Shown in pieces: positions 29,391 through 38,050 of a stretch of 49,596 nucleotides of DNA (within the stretch, counting starts at the first letter, position 1; each line of letters opens with the position of its first letter). Origin of the DNA: Patescibacteria group bacterium (GTDB lineage: Bacteria > Patescibacteriota > Minisyncoccia > Minisyncoccales > JAHCRE01). The notes beneath the pieces are model-generated. The model had not been told where the DNA came from. It made no database searches and saw only the letters and a program-made list of their open reading frames with translations. The position numbers were made by a program, and so were the translations under genes. The DNA lies in assembly GCA_020148055.1 (NCBI GenBank), contig JAHCRF010000004.1, forward strand, positions 1 to 49,596. Direction: 5' to 3'.

Positions 29391-29597
29391 ATGATTTCAA
29401 CAATTTTAGTTTTACTCTCTTTAGCCGCCATTTTATTTATGGCCATAATTGGAACAGTTATTTTTTTTCATTTTAAAAGATTCAGCGTTCCAAAAGATCC
29501 ATTTGCTAAGCGAGTTTTGAACATTTTTGAAATCGGTAGCTTATTTATTATTTTATTAAATTTTGTTTTGTTAGCCTTAAATCTTTTAAAAAAATGA
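29391..29597 (+). CDS. Small 2-TM hypothetical protein
   Basis: Two hydrophobic helices; stop overlaps the next start (ATGA). Confidence 0.7.
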   Translation: MISTILVLLSLAAILFMAIIGTVIFFHFKRFSVPKDPFAKRVLNIFEIGSLFIILLNFVLLALNLLKK

Positions 29598-30160
29598 TTA
29601 CCCTTCGCCCAAATGAAAAAATTTATCTAATTAAACGTCGCCATTGGCTCATCTTGATGAGAAGCCTTCTTCCTGAATTTCTAATCTTTTTAGCAACTAT
29701 TATCTTGATGATTACTCTTATTTTTATTCCCCTTCCCTCCTGGCCGAACTGGCTGACAAATTTTATTCCCTCTATTCTGGAACTTGAGATCCGTTATCTT
29801 TCATTATTCCTTCTTAGTCTTTTTCTCTTGGTTATCTGGACAATTAGCTTTTTGATTGTTACTAACTATTATCTTGACTGTTGGATTGTTACTAATGAAA
29901 GAACTATTCATACCGAACTTAGGGGACTTTTTAGCCGGATCTTTTCTAGTATCAACCATGACAAAATTCAGGATATTACAATAGAAATCCAAGGATTCTT
30001 CCCAGCAATTCTTCGTTTCGGTGATCTTTATATCCAAACAGCTGGTGAATTTCGAGAATTTGTTTTTCGCCAGATTCCCCAACCCCACAAAACAAGGGTA
30101 ATTATTTTTAAAGCTCAAAAAGAATTTTTGAAAAGGATGAAAAAAGATGGAGTTTTATAA
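29594..30160 (+). CDS. Bacterial PH-domain membrane protein
   Basis: EKIYLIKRRHW, two TM, WIVTNER, KIQDI, FGDLYIQTAG. Confidence 0.8.
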   Translation: MITLRPNEKIYLIKRRHWLILMRSLLPEFLIFLATIILMITLIFIPLPSWPNWLTNFIPSILELEIRYLSLFLLSLFLLVIWTISFLIVTNYYLDCWIVTNERTIHTELRGLFSRIFSSINHDKIQDITIEIQGFFPAILRFGDLYIQTAGEFREFVFRQIPQPHKTRVIIFKAQKEFLKRMKKDGVL

Positions 30161-30166
30161 AATATT

Positions 30167-30499
30167 ATGTCTTTTAAGCTACCAAAAAGCAATGAAAAGA
30201 TTTCCTGGACTAAACACGTTAAAGAAAAAATGAAATTTTATCAATTGAGCGAAAGGCGACTGAAGAGATTACTCCGCAACCCTAAAAGAATAGAAAAAGG
30301 AATTGTTCCCAGAACAATTGCCATTATGCAGCCGGCTGGAACTAAGAAACATCCAACTGAAATCTGGCTAATGTACCAAAAAATTGGAAAGAAAATAAGA
30401 ATTATCACTGCCTGGCGCTATCCCGGTATTAGCCCGATCAGAGAAGCGCCACCCGTTCCAAAGAATATTCTCAAGTATTTATGGAAATTAAAAATTTAA
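30167..30499 (+). CDS. Hypothetical protein, RelE/DUF4258-like RNase fold
   Basis: WTKHVKEKM...IITAWR pattern; basic. Confidence 0.5.
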   Translation: MSFKLPKSNEKISWTKHVKEKMKFYQLSERRLKRLLRNPKRIEKGIVPRTIAIMQPAGTKKHPTEIWLMYQKIGKKIRIITAWRYPGISPIREAPPVPKNILKYLWKLKI

Positions 30500-31020
30500 T
30501 AGTCGGTCCCATTTTTACAAATTGCTATTTGTTAACTTCAAAAGATGAAACAGCAGTTATTGATCCTGGAGGAGGGGCAGAAAAGATTCTAAAGGAAATT
30601 GAGGATAATAGAAAAAAACTAAAGTACATTATCTTAACTCACTCCCATTGGGATCATACCTCTGCCGCTTTAAAAATAAAAGGAGAAACTGGAGCTAAAA
30701 TTTTGATTCATAAAGCTGAAAAAGATTTTTTAAATTTTGAGGTTGATAAATTTCTAAAAGAGGGGGATAAAATAAAAATCGGAGATATTATTCTGGAAGT
30801 CATCCATACTCCCGGTCACACCAAGGGGAGTATTTGTTTGTTAGAAAAAGATTTTATCTTTACTGGAGACACTTTATTTAAAACAGGTTTCGGGCGGACA
30901 GATCTTCCCGGTGGCTCTTCAAAAGACCTTCAAGAATCTCTTGAAAAATTATCAAAACTTTTAAAACCAGGGATGAAAATCTATCCCGGCCACGGTGAAA
31001 TTTTCGAATATAAAAAATAA
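30481..31020 (+). CDS. MBL-fold metallo-hydrolase (glyoxalase II-like)
   Basis: THSHWDH, TPGHT, GDTLF, PGHG. Confidence 0.9.
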   Translation: MEIKNLIVGPIFTNCYLLTSKDETAVIDPGGGAEKILKEIEDNRKKLKYIILTHSHWDHTSAALKIKGETGAKILIHKAEKDFLNFEVDKFLKEGDKIKIGDIILEVIHTPGHTKGSICLLEKDFIFTGDTLFKTGFGRTDLPGGSSKDLQESLEKLSKLLKPGMKIYPGHGEIFEYKK

Positions 31021-31053
31021 GTTCTAACTGAATTAAAGATTTCTTTGATTTAT

Positions 31054-31080
31054 TCCCGCGCCGAAGGCGCGGGATTTTTT
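31054..31080 (+). terminator. Intrinsic terminator
   Basis: tcccgcgcc-gaa-ggcgcggga followed by TTTTTT. Confidence 0.75.
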
Positions 31081-31122
31081 ATCTTGTAGAAATTCGTTAA
31101 AAATGGTAAATTTAATTAAAAG

Positions 31123-31458
31123 ATGAAAAAAATTTCTTTTGACGAAGAATTGTATAAAGCCAAATCAATTAATAATTTAATTCTTTTTGGTATTTATTCA
31201 ATAATCGAAAAAAAAGAAAAATGCACCTTCGAAAAATTAATCAAAGAATGCTTCACTCTATTCCCAAAGGCCTTTAGCTTTTCCCGACATCCTCGATGGC
31301 CAGATTCCCGTAAATTAGACCGGCCCCTCAGAACCCTTAGAAAAAGAAAATTAATTACTGGCAACCCAAAAACCTCTTTTTCTCTAACAAAACCGGGAAA
31401 GAAAATGGCTGAAGAAATAATCAAAACATTTAGGCAAAGAAAATTAAAATTTAAGTAA
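31123..31458 (+). CDS. Hypothetical protein, winged-helix-like
   Basis: Basic 111 aa; ...SLTKPGKKMA wing-like ending. Confidence 0.6.
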   Translation: MKKISFDEELYKAKSINNLILFGIYSIIEKKEKCTFEKLIKECFTLFPKAFSFSRHPRWPDSRKLDRPLRTLRKRKLITGNPKTSFSLTKPGKKMAEEIIKTFRQRKLKFK

Positions 31459-31461
31459 ACT

Positions 31462-31785
31462 ATGATAGAGGAAGTTAGGGCTCACCCGCCTAAATTTTCA
31501 AAAGAAAAATTTGGGCGGGCTCATATTTTTGTTTCAGGAAGGGTTCAGGGAGTTTTTTTTCGAGAAAATACTCGCGAAAAGGCCGAGGAATTAGGAGTTT
31601 TTGGCTGGGTTAAAAATTTAGCCGATGGCCGAGTTGAAGCAGTTTTTGAAGGAGAAAAAGAAAAAGTCGAGAGCTTGATTGAATGGGCTAAAAAGGGGCC
31701 CGAAATTGCCAGAGTAAATGATATTGATGTTGAATGGCAAGAATACAAAGGAGAGTTTAAAAATTTTGATATTAGATATTCTTAA
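31462..31785 (+). CDS. acyP: Acylphosphatase with N-terminal palindromic insert
   Basis: [23 protein letters not shown]. Confidence 0.92.
   Translation: MIEEVRAHPPKFSKEKFGRAHIFVSGRVQGVFFRENTREKAEELGVFGWVKNLADGRVEAVFEGEKEKVESLIEWAKKGPEIARVNDIDVEWQEYKGEFKNFDIRYS
31478..31523. repeat. 39-bp in-frame palindromic insert with 7-bp direct repeat
   Basis: gggctca at 31478-84 and 31517-23; IR cccgcctaaatttt/aaaatttgggcggg; protein reads [16 protein letters not shown]. Confidence 0.85.
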
Positions 31786-31790
31786 AAACT

Positions 31791-31991
31791 ATGAGTAAAG
31801 TTTCTCGAAAAAGGAGACAATTTAAAATCAAAAGAAAGGGTAAGAGGAAAAAGAAATTAAGGAAATTAAAAGAAAAATATTTTGCCAGTAAGTCAAAGAA
31901 AGAGAAAGAAGAAATTATCGAGAAAATGAAAAAAACTTCTCCTCATTCACCAATCGAGAAGATCTTGGGTATTAAAAAAGAAAAGGTATGA
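31791..31991 (+). CDS. Small highly basic protein (DUF6800-like)
   Basis: Lys/Arg-rich, ...IIEKMKKTSP. Confidence 0.6.
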   Translation: MSKVSRKRRQFKIKRKGKRKKKLRKLKEKYFASKSKKEKEEIIEKMKKTSPHSPIEKILGIKKEKV

Positions 31992-32188
31992 AAATCAAGT
32001 GCTTGATCGGGATAGCTCCCCGAACACTAAATTCTAGGCGAAATCTCATCAGTTTCGCTTTTTTGTTGACTTTTTCAGAAAATCGGCTTGAAAAAGCCGA
32101 TTTTTATGCCAAAAAGCCCGTCGCTGGGCTGTTTTTTTTCGCCAGGAAGGCGATTTTTTGGTAGAATAAGTTGATAAAATAAAATCTT

Positions 32189-32380
32189 ATGGAATGTAGA
32201 CAAAAAGAAAATTTAAAAACTTGCCCTTGTACTTATCCTGGATGTCCCAGGAAAGGAATTTGTTGTGAGTGTATAAAGCATCATTGGGAAAAGAGAGAGC
32301 TTCCTGCCTGTTTTTTTTCAAAAGAAGCAGAAAAAACTTTTGACCGCTCAATTGAAAACTTCATTAAAGATCAAAAGTAA
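32189..32380 (+). CDS. Small Cys-rich protein (DUF6485-like)
   Basis: CPCTY..CPRKGICCECI..H...LPACFF. Confidence 0.75.
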   Translation: MECRQKENLKTCPCTYPGCPRKGICCECIKHHWEKRELPACFFSKEAEKTFDRSIENFIKDQK

Positions 32381-32440
32381 CCAACCCTGAAGTAATCGCC
32401 CAAGACCCACTCTTTTTTTGGAATAGAATAATTAAAATCT

Positions 32441-33082
32441 ATGTTTCCTCTTTATGACGAATCAGCTAAATCTTTAAAACCTCCTTATCTGACAATTCTT
32501 TTGATTTTCATTAATGTCTTGATATTCGGATTTACTTTTTTTAGTGGAAATTTTGAGGAGATAGTTTTAGAGTATGGAACAATCCCAAATCAAATTTTAA
32601 AGGGGGGAGGTCTTTTAACTTTGTTAACATCAACATTTTTGCATGCTGGCTTTTTGCATTTGATAGGAAACATGTGGTTTCTCTGGCTTTTCGGAGATAA
32701 CTTAGAACATAGCTTGGGAAAGATAAGATTTATTATTTTCTATCTTCTGGTTGGAATTATAGCTAGCATTATCAATGTCTATATGGCCCCTTTTGAACAT
32801 ATGGACATCCCAACCATTGGAGCTTCAGGAGCAATATCGGGACTATTAGGAGGATATGTAATTCTTTTTCCAAGAAATAAAATCCGAGCTTTTATGATGA
32901 TTTATTTCAGGCCAATTCTTTTTTATGTCCCGGCCTATATTTATGTGGGGGTCTGGTTTTTATATCAGTTATTGTATGCTGGTACGCCCACTTCTGTTGC
33001 CTACATGGCCCACATAGGAGGATTTATTGGAGGGATGATTCTTATTTTATTGTTAAGAAAGAAGAAAATCAGAAAAGATTAA
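32441..33082 (+). CDS. Rhomboid intramembrane serine protease
   Basis: FLHAG..HL.GNM, GASG, AHIGG. Confidence 0.92.
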   Translation: MFPLYDESAKSLKPPYLTILLIFINVLIFGFTFFSGNFEEIVLEYGTIPNQILKGGGLLTLLTSTFLHAGFLHLIGNMWFLWLFGDNLEHSLGKIRFIIFYLLVGIIASIINVYMAPFEHMDIPTIGASGAISGLLGGYVILFPRNKIRAFMMIYFRPILFYVPAYIYVGVWFLYQLLYAGTPTSVAYMAHIGGFIGGMILILLLRKKKIRKD

Positions 33083-33161
33083 TTAGGTGGGTTGCAAGAA
33101 GTTCTAGTGGTGAAATTAAAAGTGGCGATTTTTTGTTATAATTAAAATATAAAATGGTATT

Positions 33162-33374
33162 ATGGAACTACAATTATATGGTTTAATCCTTGATTTCTTT
33201 GGAACAGTATTGCTATTGTTATTTTTAGATCCTTTAGCGGTGGAAAAGGAAATCCATAACGAGAAAGGAATCTCAGAAAAGAAGATTATTAGAAAATACT
33301 TGATGAAAAGATATTTTGCCTTAATTATTATTATTTTCGGTTTTATTATTCAAATCATATCCCTATTGTTTTAG
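33162..33374 (+). CDS. Small 2-TM hypothetical protein
   Basis: Two hydrophobic segments; upstream TGTTATAAT. Confidence 0.6.
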   Translation: MELQLYGLILDFFGTVLLLLFLDPLAVEKEIHNEKGISEKKIIRKYLMKRYFALIIIIFGFIIQIISLLF

Positions 33375-33384
33375 CAATAAAAAA

Positions 33385-33711
33385 ATGATTAATTTTGAGG
33401 AATTTAAAAAAATTGATTTGAGAGTAGCGAAAGTCATTACAGCGGAAAAGGTAGAAGGGGCCGAGAAGCTTCTAAAGTTGCAGATAGATTTGGGCGATGA
33501 AAAAAGACAAATTGTTGCTGGAATTGCCCAGTTTTATCAGCCAGAAGATTTAATCGGAAGAGAAATAATTGTGGTTGTAAATTTAGAGCCGAAAGTTGTC
33601 TTTGGTTTAGAAAGTCAAGGAATGCTTCTGGCAGCAGAAGACAAAAACCAAAAAGAACCAGTGCTTTTGATTCCTGATAAAGAAGTTCCACCTGGCACTA
33701 AAATTTGCTAA
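33385..33711 (+). CDS. tRNA-binding protein (MetRS C-terminal/Trbp111/CsaA)
   Basis: FKKIDLRVAKV, RQIVAGI, NLEP, SQGMLLAA. Confidence 0.9.
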   Translation: MINFEEFKKIDLRVAKVITAEKVEGAEKLLKLQIDLGDEKRQIVAGIAQFYQPEDLIGREIIVVVNLEPKVVFGLESQGMLLAAEDKNQKEPVLLIPDKEVPPGTKIC

Positions 33712-33813
33712 AAACAGTTAAGCCCGAGTTAGAAAAGGTCGAACCCTTGCACCAAGGCAAAGCTCGGTGCGGCTAAGGAATCTATTAGGAAACTTTAAAA
33801 TTAATAAACTAAA

Positions 33814-34141
33814 ATGTATATTCAAATTTTGATTGCAGGTTTCGGAGGAGGGGTTATTAGAGGATTGGTTGGTTTCATTAAACATCAATATTCTTACAAA
33901 AATGTTGGTTTTCGTCTGCCTTATTTTTTTTAATATGATGTTTTTTTCTGGTATCATTGGACTTTTGGCTGCTGTCGCCACAAAAGAATTAGGAATTACT
34001 TTTTTGGGAGTAAATTATATTTCACCAGCCCTGGCTCTTATTATCGGATATGCCGGTGGAGATTTTATTGAGAATATTTATAAGACAATAGTTAAGAAAC
34101 CTTCCCTTTATTCTCTACCAGAGGATTTAAAGAAAAAATAA
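33814..34141 (+). pseudogene. Membrane protein gene frameshifted at a T8 tract
   Basis: ATG 33814 gives MYIQILIAGFGGGVIRGLVGFIK...PYFF* (TAA 33931-33); removing one T joins it to NMMFFSGIIG... in the tracked ORF. Confidence 0.7.
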
Positions 34142-34170
34142 AAGGCGATAATAAAAATTGGTAAAATATT

Positions 34171-34656
34171 TTGATTGATAAATTAATGGAAAAAAATTTA
34201 AAAAGATCTAAAAAAGTCGTTATTGGGGGAACTTTTGATATATTACACGATGGACATAAAGCTCTATTGAGGAGAGCTTTTGGATTAGGCGAGGTAGCTA
34301 TTGGCTTAACTTCCGATATTATGGCTAAAGAAATCAAAAAGAGAAAAATCGAAGATTTTGAACAAAGAAAAAAAGAGTTAGAAGATTTTATCACCAAAGA
34401 ATTTAAAACTAAGCCAGAAATCGTAAAAATTGAGGATAAATTCGGCTTTACTTTAGCAAAAGATTTCGATTATATTGTTGTTTCTCCGGAAACCTATGAG
34501 ACAGCCCAACTTATCAATGTTGAGCGCCAAAAAAGAAAGAGAAAGCCAATAAACATTGTTAAAATAAAGTTTGTTTTGGCTGAAGATGAAAAACCGATTT
34601 CAGCTAAGAGAATATCAAGAGGAGAAATAGATAGAAAAGGAAGGCTGTTAAGATAG
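34171..34656 (+). CDS. coaD: Phosphopantetheine adenylyltransferase, archaeal/eukaryotic type
   Basis: GGTFDILHDGH, GLTSD, IVVSPET, ISAKRI..GEID. Confidence 0.85.
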   Translation: MIDKLMEKNLKRSKKVVIGGTFDILHDGHKALLRRAFGLGEVAIGLTSDIMAKEIKKRKIEDFEQRKKELEDFITKEFKTKPEIVKIEDKFGFTLAKDFDYIVVSPETYETAQLINVERQKRKRKPINIVKIKFVLAEDEKPISAKRISRGEIDRKGRLLR

Positions 34657-34757
34657 CTATTTAAAAATTTCTTATTTCACCAATTTTGGGAGGGGTTTAG
34701 AGCCTTCTTTTATTTAGAATAAAAAGGGTATAATGAAAATATCCTAAAAAGAAATTT

Positions 34758-36005
34758 ATGAAATTTATAGCCGATTTTCATATCCATAGCAAATACTCTC
34801 GGGCAACCAGTAGAAACACAGATTTAGAAAATTTAGATAAATGGGCAAAGATTAAAGGAATTAAAGTCTTGGGCACAGGAGATTTTACTCATCCCGAGTG
34901 GTTTAAAAATTTAAAAGAGAAACTAACACCTGCTGAACCAGGTTTATACAAATTAAGAGGTAGCGATTCCGAGATCCGTTTTATTTTAACTAGTGAAATT
35001 AGTTGTATTTACTCCAAAGGTGGTAGAGTTCGAAAAATTCATATTGTTGTTCTTGCTCCCTCTCTAGAAATCGTTGAAAAGATTAATGTTCATTTGAGCT
35101 GGATTGGAAATCTAAAAGCTGACGGAAGACCAATTTTGGGATTAGATGCTAAAGAGTTAGTAAAAATTATTTTGGGAATTTCCAAGGATTGCTTAATTGT
35201 TCCCGCCCATATCTGGACTCCCTGGTTCAGTCTCTTCGGTTCAAAATCTGGTTTTGATTCTATTGAAGAATGCTTTGAAGATCATTCAAAATATATTTTT
35301 GCATTAGAAACCGGACTATCTTCAGATCCGCCGATGAACTGGAGACTATCTGCTCTGGACAGAATTACTTTGATAAGTAATTCAGATGCACATAGCCCTC
35401 AAAAAATAGGCCGGGAGGCTAATGTTTTTGATACAGAATTAAGTTACCCGGCAATCATTGAAGCGATAAAGTCAAAAAATCCTCAAAAACTTCTTTATAC
35501 TATTGAATTTTTCCCTCAGGAAGGTAAATATCATCATGATGGTCACCGGGATTGTGAAATTAATTTATCTCCCCAAGAATCAAAAAAATACAACAACATT
35601 TGTCCTGTTTGTGGAAGACCTCTAACTATTGGAGTTTTAAATAGAGTAGGAAAGTTAGCTGATAGGCCAGAGGGTTTCAAACCAGAAAAAGTAATTCCAT
35701 TTAAAAGTTTAGTTCCTTTGAATGAAATAATCGCTGAGAGTTTAGGAGTGAACACTGGGACAAAACAAGGAGAGATAGAGTATAAAAATCTAATAAAAAA
35801 TTTCGGTAATGAATTGAAAATTTTACTCGAAGTTCCTCGAAAAGATCTGGAAGCAGCTACCTTGCCAGAAATCGCTGAAGGAGTTATAAGGGTTAGAGAA
35901 GGAAAGGTTTATATTACACCAGGTTTTGATGGAGTTTTCGGAAAAATAAGAATTTTCTCTCGGGGAGAACAAAGGGTCTTGTCAAAACAAGGAACGCTTT
36001 TCTAA
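34758..36005 (+). CDS. Endonuclease Q family (PHP domain + zinc finger)
   Basis: DFHIHSKYS, PAHIWTPW, SNSDAHS, GKYH..GHRDC, CPVCG; C-terminal QGTLF. Confidence 0.88.
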   Translation: MKFIADFHIHSKYSRATSRNTDLENLDKWAKIKGIKVLGTGDFTHPEWFKNLKEKLTPAEPGLYKLRGSDSEIRFILTSEISCIYSKGGRVRKIHIVVLAPSLEIVEKINVHLSWIGNLKADGRPILGLDAKELVKIILGISKDCLIVPAHIWTPWFSLFGSKSGFDSIEECFEDHSKYIFALETGLSSDPPMNWRLSALDRITLISNSDAHSPQKIGREANVFDTELSYPAIIEAIKSKNPQKLLYTIEFFPQEGKYHHDGHRDCEINLSPQESKKYNNICPVCGRPLTIGVLNRVGKLADRPEGFKPEKVIPFKSLVPLNEIIAESLGVNTGTKQGEIEYKNLIKNFGNELKILLEVPRKDLEAATLPEIAEGVIRVREGKVYITPGFDGVFGKIRIFSRGEQRVLSKQGTLF

Positions 36006-36012
36006 ACTAAAT

Positions 36013-36939
36013 ATGACTATTGGTATTCCTAAAGCTTTATTTTACTGGAAAGAGCCTTTTTCAACCGGAGCTCACATAGGTCATTTTTGGGAGATTTTTT
36101 TTGAAAGTTTAGGAGTAGAGGTTATTTTATCTCCAGAAACTAATAAAGAGATTGTTGAAAGGGGAGTAAAGGTATCTGATCCTGAATTCTGCTTTGCGAC
36201 AAAAGTATTTTTAGGTCATATTTTATGGTTGGAAGGAAAAGTAGATTACATTTTTGTTCCAAGACTAAAAACAAATGAAGAAAAACTTGAATATTGTCCT
36301 AAATTTTTTGGCTTGCCAGATTTAGCAAAGATTCTGGTCAAAACTCCAATTTTAACTGAAACTTTTGATATGAGAGAGGGAAAAATTGAGACAAGTCTTG
36401 AAAAATTAGGAAAAAAGTTAGACAAAAACGCAATAAAAATAGAAAAGGCAATAAATAATGCTTTTTTAAAAGAAAAAGGGTCAAAAAAGAAACAAGAACA
36501 AGATTTTCTCAAAAAGATAAAATCTGACAAACAAAGGATCGTTTTAATCTCTCACCCCTACAATTTATATGACGATTATGTTAATGTCGGGATAAAAAAG
36601 AAATTAGAGAAATTAGGTGCTGAGGTAATTTTCATAGATGAAGTCCCAGTTAAGAGACAAGAGACAAGAGCCAGAAGCCAGAAATTAGATTATCCGGAAT
36701 TTCATTGGGAATTTGGTAAAGAGATAATGGAAAAAATTGAAGAGATTTTAAAGTATACCTTTTCTGGCGCTATCGAGATTTCCTCTTTTCTATGTGGTTG
36801 CGATGCGGTATTAAAAGAATTTGTAGAAAAAGCATTTAAAGGAAATAAAATCCCATTTTTATATTTAATAATTGATGAAAACACTGCCGACGCTGGTCTT
36901 CAAACAAGATTAGAAGCATTTATGGATACCATACAATAA
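36013..36939 (+). CDS. Acyl-CoA dehydratase activase-related protein (DUF2229-like)
   Basis: IGIPKAL, EFCFATK, YCPKF.GLPD, HPYN, F.CGCD, TRLEAF. Confidence 0.8.
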   Translation: MTIGIPKALFYWKEPFSTGAHIGHFWEIFFESLGVEVILSPETNKEIVERGVKVSDPEFCFATKVFLGHILWLEGKVDYIFVPRLKTNEEKLEYCPKFFGLPDLAKILVKTPILTETFDMREGKIETSLEKLGKKLDKNAIKIEKAINNAFLKEKGSKKKQEQDFLKKIKSDKQRIVLISHPYNLYDDYVNVGIKKKLEKLGAEVIFIDEVPVKRQETRARSQKLDYPEFHWEFGKEIMEKIEEILKYTFSGAIEISSFLCGCDAVLKEFVEKAFKGNKIPFLYLIIDENTADAGLQTRLEAFMDTIQ

Positions 36940-36970
36940 AATTCTAAATTCTAAATTCTAAATAATATTT

Positions 36971-38050
36971 ATGAAAATAACTTTTCCTTATTGGGGGAAT
37001 TACACAATTGCTTTTAAAGCCCTATTCAAAAAATTAGGCTTGTCTATCGTTCCTCCAGAAAAAACTAATCCAAGAGCAATTGAAAATGGAGCTAAAATTT
37101 CTCCTGAAATGTATTGTCTCCCATTAAAAATAAATATTGGGAATTATTTATCAGCTATAAAAAGAGGGGCTGATACTATTTTTATGGTAACCAGCCTTGG
37201 GGGTTCCTGCCGCTTGAGATATTACGGGGCAATCCAAGAAAAGGTTTTATCAGACGCAGGTTACGATGTTAACTTTATTGTCTTTGATCAGACCCCAAAA
37301 GATATTTACAAAAAAATCAAAGAAGTTTCCGGAGCTTCTTTTTGGCAGATAATAAAGGCTGCTTGGTTTTTCTATGAGAAACTAAGATTAATTGAAAAAT
37401 TAGAAAAGAAGGCAAATTATCTCAGGCCAAGAGAAAGAATAAAAGGAGAAACTGATAAAATTCTAATGCAGGCCTTTTTAAATCTCGACAAGATAAATAC
37501 AAAAAAAGAATTGGCTGAATTTAAAGAGGGGATTAGCCAAAAAATCTCAGAAATTAAAATCGATAAAAATAAAGATGTCCCAAAAGTAGGCCTGATAGGA
37601 GAAATATTTACAGTATCTGATGGGGCAGTAAATTTTGGGATTGAGGAAAAATTAGGAAGAGAAGGGGTTGAAGTTCATCGAGAAATGGACATCACCTATC
37701 ATTTAAAAAAGAGGGTTTTCCCTTGGAAAGACTGGTGGATTCAAAAAAAGATAAATCATTATTTAGGTTCCACTGTAGGAGGACACGGCCGTGATGCAAT
37801 TTACGAAATGTTAGAATATGTTAAAAAGGATTTTGACGGGGTAATTCAATTACTACCCTTCGGCTGCATGCCGGAGACAACTGTTCGACCAATTTTGCAG
37901 AAAATTCATTTAAAAAGCGGCATTCCTTTTTTATCCTTATCTCTGGATGAACAAGTGGCTGAAGCGGGAATTAATACTAGAATTGAAGCTTTTGTTGATG
38001 TAGTAAAAAATTATTATCAAAAAAAATATGAAAAATTATCTGGGCATTGA
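36971..38050 (+). CDS. 2-hydroxyacyl-CoA dehydratase/CoA-activase-related subunit
   Basis: PEMYCLPLK, GSCRL, IGEIF, PFGCMPE, TRIEAF. Confidence 0.8.
   Translation: MKITFPYWGNYTIAFKALFKKLGLSIVPPEKTNPRAIENGAKISPEMYCLPLKINIGNYLSAIKRGADTIFMVTSLGGSCRLRYYGAIQEKVLSDAGYDVNFIVFDQTPKDIYKKIKEVSGASFWQIIKAAWFFYEKLRLIEKLEKKANYLRPRERIKGETDKILMQAFLNLDKINTKKELAEFKEGISQKISEIKIDKNKDVPKVGLIGEIFTVSDGAVNFGIEEKLGREGVEVHREMDITYHLKKRVFPWKDWWIQKKINHYLGSTVGGHGRDAIYEMLEYVKKDFDGVIQLLPFGCMPETTVRPILQKIHLKSGIPFLSLSLDEQVAEAGINTRIEAFVDVVKNYYQKKYEKLSGH

Noticed and set aside
36052-36080. EPFSTGAHIG segment as another palindromic insert (likewise LSRSSG in the ComEC-like gene)
   Set aside because: Only about 4-bp arms; cannot be supported without an ortholog alignment.
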